Origin: Candidatus Iainarchaeum sp.
Lineage (GTDB): Archaea; Iainarchaeota; Iainarchaeia; Iainarchaeales; CSSED10-239
DNA: 32,000 bases
Assembly (NCBI GenBank): GCA_028700115.1
Contig: JAQVTI010000007.1
Coordinates: forward strand, 1 to 32,000
Direction: 5' to 3'
Under the pieces are notes generated by a model. It was not told the DNA's origin, ran no database searches, and saw nothing but the letters and a program-made list of their open reading frames with translations. The first letter of the stretch is position 1. Each line of letters opens with the position of its first letter. Position numbers and translations under genes: made by a program. Below are positions 27,565-32,000 of this stretch, piece after piece.

Positions 27565-27646
27565 TGCAGGGCACAGGATTCGAACCTATGAAGCACTAAG
27601 CAATGGATTTTGAGTCCATCCCCTTTGACCACTCGGGAAGCCCTGC
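27565..27646 (-). tRNA. tRNA-Leu(CAA), class II (long variable region)
   Basis: Reverse complement GCAGGGCTTCCCGAGTGGTCAAAGGGGATGGACTCAAAATCCATTGCTTAGTGCTTCATAGGTTCGAATCCTGTGCCCTGCA. Anticodon stem ATGGA/TCCAT, loop CTCAAAA. The 13-nt variable region pairs only weakly. Confidence 0.8.
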
Positions 27647-27701
27647 TTATAAAAATATTATATATTAAAAGATTTAAAAATAGATTTATTTAAAAAGAAA
27701 A

Positions 27702-27720
27702 AAAGAAGATAATCTTCTTT
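27702..27720 (-). terminator. short palindromic hairpin plus T-tract after the 27725 gene
   Basis: AAAGAAGAT-A-ATCTTCTTT. On the minus strand it is followed by TTTTTTCTTTTTAAA. It starts 5 nt after the stop codon. Confidence 0.4.
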
Positions 27721-27724
27721 TATT

Positions 27725-28444
27725 CTAATATTCAAAAACTGCAAAAATTTTATTTGTTTTTGGATCTATTTTAAAATTACTTTCAAAAACTTTTAATTCA
27801 CTAGTAGGATCCAAACCAAATTGTTTATGATTCTTAGAAATAGTTTGTTTAATTCTACTATTTAATTTACCTAATTGAGATTCAAAAGCATCTCTTTTTT
27901 TAAAAGATAAAACTTCATTTATTGATTTTAATTTAGAATAATCAGGATAAACCATCACAGCATAACCATCTTTTCTATTAGACACACTTTTAATAGGTTC
28001 AATTACATTAATTCCAGAAGCTTTTACAATATTTGATTTTAAAGTCACATTAAGTCCAATATGATCATTTCCAGGATTCATTTTTCTAAGCACAACTGAA
28101 TATTTTTCAGCACCTACGTTTAAAGAATATCTAGCATAAGTAGCTTTATCCCCTAAGGTAAAAATTCTATTTCTATTTATTAATTCTAAACTAAATCTTC
28201 CTTTAGGATCTTTATATTTTGAAGGAATTCCTTTTCTAGAAATTAATCCAAGTTCTTTAGAAATTGCCATTAATTCTTTCATTAAACCTTTATTTTCTAA
28301 AAATAATTTTTTAGATTTAAAAGTTCCAATAACATCAAATTTAGTACCATGATGCATAGTTTGTTTTCTATCTTCTTTTATAGAATTTTTTTCTAGAACA
28401 TTTTTTTTAATTTGATTTTCTCTAATTTTTTTAATTAAACGCAT
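27725..28444 (-). CDS. divergent member of the kinase-fold-like family, lacking the catalytic-loop-like residues
   Basis: 239 aa. Shares KDPKG, a VVLRKM beta3-like strand, GINVIEP (compare GFDIISP, GINIISP, GIQTIKP) and VMVYPDYSKL (compare ICLDYSNL). The C-terminal GLDPTSELKV...KIFAVFEY has no N and no xID- motif. Confidence 0.5.
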   Translation of the reverse strand: MRLIKKIRENQIKKNVLEKNSIKEDRKQTMHHGTKFDVIGTFKSKKLFLENKGLMKELMAISKELGLISRKGIPSKYKDPKGRFSLELINRNRIFTLGDKATYARYSLNVGAEKYSVVLRKMNPGNDHIGLNVTLKSNIVKASGINVIEPIKSVSNRKDGYAVMVYPDYSKLKSINEVLSFKKRDAFESQLGKLNSRIKQTISKNHKQFGLDPTSELKVFESNFKIDPKTNKIFAVFEY

Positions 28445-28463
28445 ATATTAACACATTCTAATT

Positions 28464-28880
28464 TTAACAAGAACCCTCTTTTAAAATAGGAATTTCTCCT
28501 GCAAGACAAGTATTTGAATAAGTTACACCATTAACAGCACAAACAGGTACATATTCCAGAGTACAAAATCTATTTGGATCTAAATTATTTAAATTAATAA
28601 ATTCTCCTTTTTGACATTCATTATTAAATAATTTCCATTCCTCACATTCAGAACCATCTTCAAAAACACAAACTCCATAAGTTCCATTTTCAAAAGTTCT
28701 AAAATCTAAAGTTCCACCTAAATTATCACAATTTACAGAAGCAGGATTTGCAATTTGAACATTATCATTTCCTTCTCCTTGAGGAACATACATTCTAGTT
28801 TTAAAAAATATAATATAAACTAAAAATAAAACTAAAATAATACCTATTGCAATTAATGCAATTTTTAAACTCTTATTCAT
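28464..28880 (-). CDS. membrane-anchored secreted protein: DUF333-like Cys-rich domain followed by a Kazal-type inhibitor-like domain
   Basis: N-terminal TM anchor. ANPASVNCDNLGGT...GVCVFEDGSECEEWKLFNNEC matches the DUF333 pattern NPAS-x-x-C...GG...G-x-C-x-F-x-DGS-x-C-x-EW. CTLEYVPVCAVNGVTYSNTCLA matches the Kazal core C-x-x-x-Y-x-PVC-x-x-x-G-x-TY-x-N-x-C. Confidence 0.6.
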   Translation of the reverse strand: MNKSLKIALIAIGIILVLFLVYIIFFKTRMYVPQGEGNDNVQIANPASVNCDNLGGTLDFRTFENGTYGVCVFEDGSECEEWKLFNNECQKGEFINLNNLDPNRFCTLEYVPVCAVNGVTYSNTCLAGEIPILKEGSC

Positions 28881-28969
28881 AAAATAACCTCTTTTATTTA
28901 AATATTATAAATGTATTAAGATGCAAATATTTAAAAAGAATGTTTTTTATTAAAGGTTTTTACCTAAAC

Positions 28970-29212
28970 TTAAAAATTAGAATAAAAAGCGCAGAGGACG
29001 GGATTCGAACCCGCGTAGTCGTAAGACTCTAGCTTAGCAGGCTTGAAGAATTGTGTGCTGTTTGTGACGTTAGTGTCGTTTGTAGATGCACTAAACAAAG
29101 CAACTCTCAGCAATTGCCTTATCAACTTAGATGCATTAATTTTTTTCTTTTTAATAAAATCATACGTATGTTTATCAAGATTAATTTCAATTCTTTTCTT
29201 TTTTTCTTTCAT
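28970..29212 (-). CDS. ribbon-helix-helix (CopG/Arc-like) protein whose reading frame runs on across the tRNA-fragment junction
   Basis: Residues 1-40 MKEKKKRIEINLDKHTYDFIKKKKINASKLIRQLLRVALF fit a beta-strand / helix / helix RHH pattern. From about residue 56 onward (KPAKLESYDYAGSNPVLCAFYSNF) the frame is encoded by the tRNA-like fragment and its flank. Confidence 0.5.
   Translation of the reverse strand: MKEKKKRIEINLDKHTYDFIKKKKINASKLIRQLLRVALFSASTNDTNVTNSTQFFKPAKLESYDYAGSNPVLCAFYSNF
28990..29045 (-). other. 3' portion only of a class II tRNA-Ser(GCU)-like gene (anticodon arm, variable arm, T arm, 3' acceptor strand): att-like remnant
   Basis: Reverse complement CAAGC-CTGCTAA-GCTAG (one A-A mismatch in the stem), variable hairpin AGTC-TTAC-GACT, T arm GCGGG-TTCGAAT-CCCGT, acceptor 3' strand CCTCTGC plus G, then a T-run. 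The 26+ nt where the D arm and the 5' acceptor GCAGAGG should lie do not match. Confidence 0.7.
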
Positions 29213-30191
29213 TTAAATCACATATTTTATCCCAATCATTAATTAAATCATAACCTTGATTATAATATTCATAAAATATATTTACTATTTCCTCTCTAGG
29301 AACAGGCACAATATCAGATAATTGTGATCTTTTAATAATATCAGGAGATGGAATATTATAAATTATAATTTTTTTATTTTTATCTTCAGTAATAAAATAT
29401 CTATCGTGGATATCCTTTAGAGCATTATCATTTAAAATTTTGACATTAATATCTATATTTGTTAATTCTGATTTCAACTTTTTAAATAGTTTTCTGAAAT
29501 CTAAATTAATATGATTTGGGGAAGTAATAATTTTAATAGACAAGACTTTATCCTTTGTATATTTAAATAAATAATCAAGGCCACTAGTAGAAAAATATTT
29601 ATCAATCCAAAGTATTAAATTATTAGACCTTTCATGTATTAACTCTTCCATTGCTTTTTCATTTGAATATGGTTTATTTGGACTTATCGATATAGAAGTA
29701 ACTTCCTCGGATAACAAACCACTATCTTGATTAATAAAGTCTATACCTTCTGAAGTTATTGCTATGTGTCTACTACCTATATATTTTGCAAAACCATAAT
29801 ACTTTAAATAATCAAATACATAATAAAAATATAATTTATCTAAATTTAAATCATCAATAACTTGATTAAATAATACATAAGTAGAACTTTTAGATAATTG
29901 AAACAATTTATTTAAGATTTTAATTTCACATTCTTTCCTTCTTAAATAATCTGAATTATAATACTCTTTTTCAATCAAATTAGCACCATTTTGAGAAATT
30001 GAATAGCCACCTCCTAAAGCTCTTGATTTAATTAACCCTTTATCCGATAAATACTTTAATTCTAAATGATTGATATTTAAGTTATTTTCTGAAATTACAG
30101 TATCTATAAATATTATAGAATTAAATATATTTATTGATTTTTTCTTAGCACTATCGTAAAATAATTTTAAAAATTTCAAGTTATATTCCAT
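29187..30191 (-). CDS. hypothetical protein: two N-terminal winged-helix-like modules plus a C-terminal domain with an IHDRYFI motif (possible degenerate PLD-fold, MIT_C-like)
   Basis: LKYLSDKGLIKSRALGGGYSISQNGANLIE and FDYLKYYGFAKYIGSRHIAITSEGIDFI look like wHTH recognition helix plus wing. The C-terminal order LILWIDKYF / LSIKIITSP / INVKIL..IHDRYFITED..IIIYNIPSPD resembles the MITD1 C-terminal PLD-like domain as I remember it. That resemblance is weak. Confidence 0.55.
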   Translation of the reverse strand: MEYNLKFLKLFYDSAKKKSINIFNSIIFIDTVISENNLNINHLELKYLSDKGLIKSRALGGGYSISQNGANLIEKEYYNSDYLRRKECEIKILNKLFQLSKSSTYVLFNQVIDDLNLDKLYFYYVFDYLKYYGFAKYIGSRHIAITSEGIDFINQDSGLLSEEVTSISISPNKPYSNEKAMEELIHERSNNLILWIDKYFSTSGLDYLFKYTKDKVLSIKIITSPNHINLDFRKLFKKLKSELTNIDINVKILNDNALKDIHDRYFITEDKNKKIIIYNIPSPDIIKRSQLSDIVPVPREEIVNIFYEYYNQGYDLINDWDKICDLNERKKEKN

Positions 30192-30197
30192 ATTAAA

Positions 30198-31115
30198 TCA
30201 TATCTTTATTTTTTCATAAACTTTATATGGCCAATTTTGTTCTTCAGAAATACAAGATGAAAAAGCACTTACAAAGAATAAATTTTCAGTAAATTTAGTC
30301 ACATCATAATTACAATCTTTAATATTAAATACAGCTAAAATTAATCTGTTGAAATGAACAATATCTTCATTTGAGATACCTGAGAAATAAATTGAATTAA
30401 TTATTAAATTTATATTATAAGTATTAACCCTATTTTCAAGATTATATTTTTTAAGAGTTTTTTTTAAAGCTAAACTAGAGGTATTATTATTTTCATCAGC
30501 TATAGAATCATAACCTTTTGTTTTTTTATTTAATTTAATTTCTTTATTATAATTTAGTATATATTCTTCTTTAATTTGATTAAATTTGTCTCCAAATATC
30601 CAATACCCTAAATGATAATTTAGATAATTAGATTTTAATCCCTCTTTTATAATTTCTAATATATTAGTAAAATTATGATAAGGAAATAAAGGCCTATTTT
30701 TAATAGGTATAAAGTCCACAGATTGTAAGAAACTAAATAATATATCTATTTGTTTTTTATTTAGTTTAATATCAAATAAAATTTCAAACCATTTAAAAGA
30801 AGGAATCAATGGATTACCTTTATTTGTTGTTTTCGAAGTCCATTTTATTTCTATAGAACCATCTTTTTTTTCATCAACTCTATCAAATTGATGAAAATCA
30901 TTTTTATCTGGAATAGTTTCTAAGAAAAATGGCTTTATTTTTTTAATTTTATTTCTGATAGTATTATTACCTGTTACATCAGGATAAAATATTTCTTCTA
31001 AATTTTTCTGAGTAAAATAATAATTTTCTCTAGAACCAAAAACAAATATACTAAATAAAACTTGTGAAGTTAATTTTTCATCTAATAAGTCCAATATTAT
31101 ATTTTTATAGGGCAT
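30198..31115 (-). CDS. hypothetical protein (no recognisable domain)
   Basis: 305-aa ORF with an ATG start. It stops 6 nt before the start of the next gene on the same strand. Confidence 0.55.
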   Translation of the reverse strand: MPYKNIILDLLDEKLTSQVLFSIFVFGSRENYYFTQKNLEEIFYPDVTGNNTIRNKIKKIKPFFLETIPDKNDFHQFDRVDEKKDGSIEIKWTSKTTNKGNPLIPSFKWFEILFDIKLNKKQIDILFSFLQSVDFIPIKNRPLFPYHNFTNILEIIKEGLKSNYLNYHLGYWIFGDKFNQIKEEYILNYNKEIKLNKKTKGYDSIADENNNTSSLALKKTLKKYNLENRVNTYNINLIINSIYFSGISNEDIVHFNRLILAVFNIKDCNYDVTKFTENLFFVSAFSSCISEEQNWPYKVYEKIKI

Positions 31116-31287
31116 AATTTATCTTTCATTCTTGCTTACTAATTTAAAGTAAATTTAGTAATTATAACATTACTAATCCTATAAAAAAAATAGGACCTCA
31201 TAAACATCATAAGATATATATGATTACTAAAAAAAACTTTATTAGATAACTAATATAGTAATCAAAAAATATATAAAGAGGTGTATT

Positions 31288-31569
31288 ATGAAAAAATATG
31301 AAAGCGGACAGGTAAGTAAAGTACATACAGGTCCAAGATACAATTTGGTAGAATTAAAAACCCCTACTGAAACACTTCAGATTTCTGATTGGAATAAATT
31401 TCCTATAAAAGAAAATGAAGAATATACTTTAGAACTTCAAGAAAATGGTGAATTTCTAAACCTTATTTCTATAGAAGACGCTAAAGGTAATAAATTAGAA
31501 ATGAATAAAAAAGATAAAATAATTAAATTAGCTAATAAAATAATATCTGAAGCTAAGGAGGTGATCTAA
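31288..31569 (+). CDS. hypothetical small protein
   Basis: 93 aa. GAGGTG Shine-Dalgarno 7 nt upstream of the ATG. Confidence 0.55.
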   Translation: MKKYESGQVSKVHTGPRYNLVELKTPTETLQISDWNKFPIKENEEYTLELQENGEFLNLISIEDAKGNKLEMNKKDKIIKLANKIISEAKEVI

Positions 31570-31850
31570 TGCCTCTTTCTTATTATAATACAAAAGATAC
31601 TGTGCCTTTATCAAAATTAAAAGAAAGGTACATTACAACCTTTGTTGATAATCTTAAAGACTTTGAAGAAGAAATCATTCAAAATTATAATAACTCAAAT
31701 ACAAAGTTATTCATAGAAAATGACAAAGCTTTTCTAATTATCAATGAATTTTGTTTTATAATTATATATTATACTAAAAAAATAAAAGAAAAAATAGTAC
31801 AATGTGTGAATGGATGTGGTATAGATGCAAGAAAACATATTTCAAAGTGA
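31569..31850 (+). CDS. hypothetical small protein
   Basis: 93 aa. TAATG stop/start overlap with the preceding gene. AAGGAGGTGATC (31555-31566) is a perfect complement of the 16S 3' end found in this window. Confidence 0.55.
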   Translation: MPLSYYNTKDTVPLSKLKERYITTFVDNLKDFEEEIIQNYNNSNTKLFIENDKAFLIINEFCFIIIYYTKKIKEKIVQCVNGCGIDARKHISK

Positions 31851-32000
31851 AGATCCTATTTTTTACAATCTTAATCAAGGAGAGTTTAAAGATAACTTTT
31901 ATTTTGGAAAAGTTATATCTGTTAAAAGTCAGCAAACCAATTGTGTAATATTATCTGATAGAAACTTCTTTGTAGATTATGAATCAGTAAAAGTAAAAGA
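31826..32000 (+). CDS. hypothetical protein, 5' part only (runs off the window)
   Basis: ATG at 31826. The open frame MQENIFQSEDPIFYNLNQGEFKDNFYFGKVISVKSQQTNCVILSDRNFFVDYESVKVK continues to the window end. It overlaps the previous gene by 25 nt. Confidence 0.4.

Larger units (their letters stand above)
28990..32000. mobile_element. putative integrated element (provirus or plasmid) inserted in a tRNA-Ser gene; left junction at the tRNA 3' fragment, right end beyond the window
   Basis: A partial tRNA copy sits at the boundary between recognisable host genes on the left and a block of unrecognisable, tightly packed or overlapping genes on the right. An RHH regulator lies at the junction. Divergent gene blocks are separated by a 170-bp intergenic region at 31116-31287. 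Confidence 0.5.

Noticed and set aside
28990-29045. Split-tRNA 3' half gene (as in Nanoarchaeum-type trans-spliced tRNAs)
   Set aside because: The fragment includes the whole anticodon arm rather than starting after position 37. There is no GC-rich leader complementary to a 5' half. A protein ORF reads across it, and element-like genes abut it. An att remnant fits better. The idea is kept only as an alternative to be tested by searching the genome for a matching 5' half.

Overview
Extremely AT-rich archaeal chromosome segment. Archaeal identity rests on FEN-1, deoxyhypusine synthase, ribosomal proteins L40e and L41e-like, a 16S rRNA whose 5' end reads ATTCCAGCTGATCCTGC, an intron-bearing tRNA-Tyr with a C1-G72 pair, 7S SRP RNA and RNase P RNA. 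The small genes, low GC and unlinked 16S suggest a small-genome DPANN-like lineage, but that is inference only. Most of the window is housekeeping. It holds 16S rRNA plus tRNA-Ala with no 23S following, four further tRNAs (Tyr, Glu, Gly, Leu), RNase P RNA and SRP RNA. Protein genes include ftsZ, thrS, fen, an M50 site-2 protease, a thioredoxin-CcdA fusion, TspO, an APC permease and a DEDDh exonuclease. Four things deserve a second look. (1) A co-directional dys / PLP-decarboxylase / agmatinase string (hypusine-polyamine) is interrupted by two tandem paralogs of an unclassified family whose motifs resemble a minimal protein-kinase-like fold. Two more copies lie elsewhere in the window, one interrupted by a nonsense codon and one lacking the catalytic-loop residues. 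A 132-nt block is 129/132 identical between the otherwise divergent tandem pair. (2) A 3' fragment of a tRNA-Ser(GCU)-like gene at 28990-29045 looks like an att site, with unrecognisable tightly packed genes to its right. This fits an integrated element that runs off the window end. It carries a three-gene module: an unknown protein, a double winged-helix protein with a possible PLD-fold (MIT_C-like) C-terminus, and a ribbon-helix-helix ORF that reads across the junction. (3) Five tandem ~32-bp TATA-rich repeats lie upstream of the 16S gene. (4) Two copies of a long palindrome (TCGATTTAAATCGA core) lie upstream of a thymidine kinase gene that carries an in-frame TAA. No CRISPR array, reverse transcriptase, transposase or recognisable integrase was seen.
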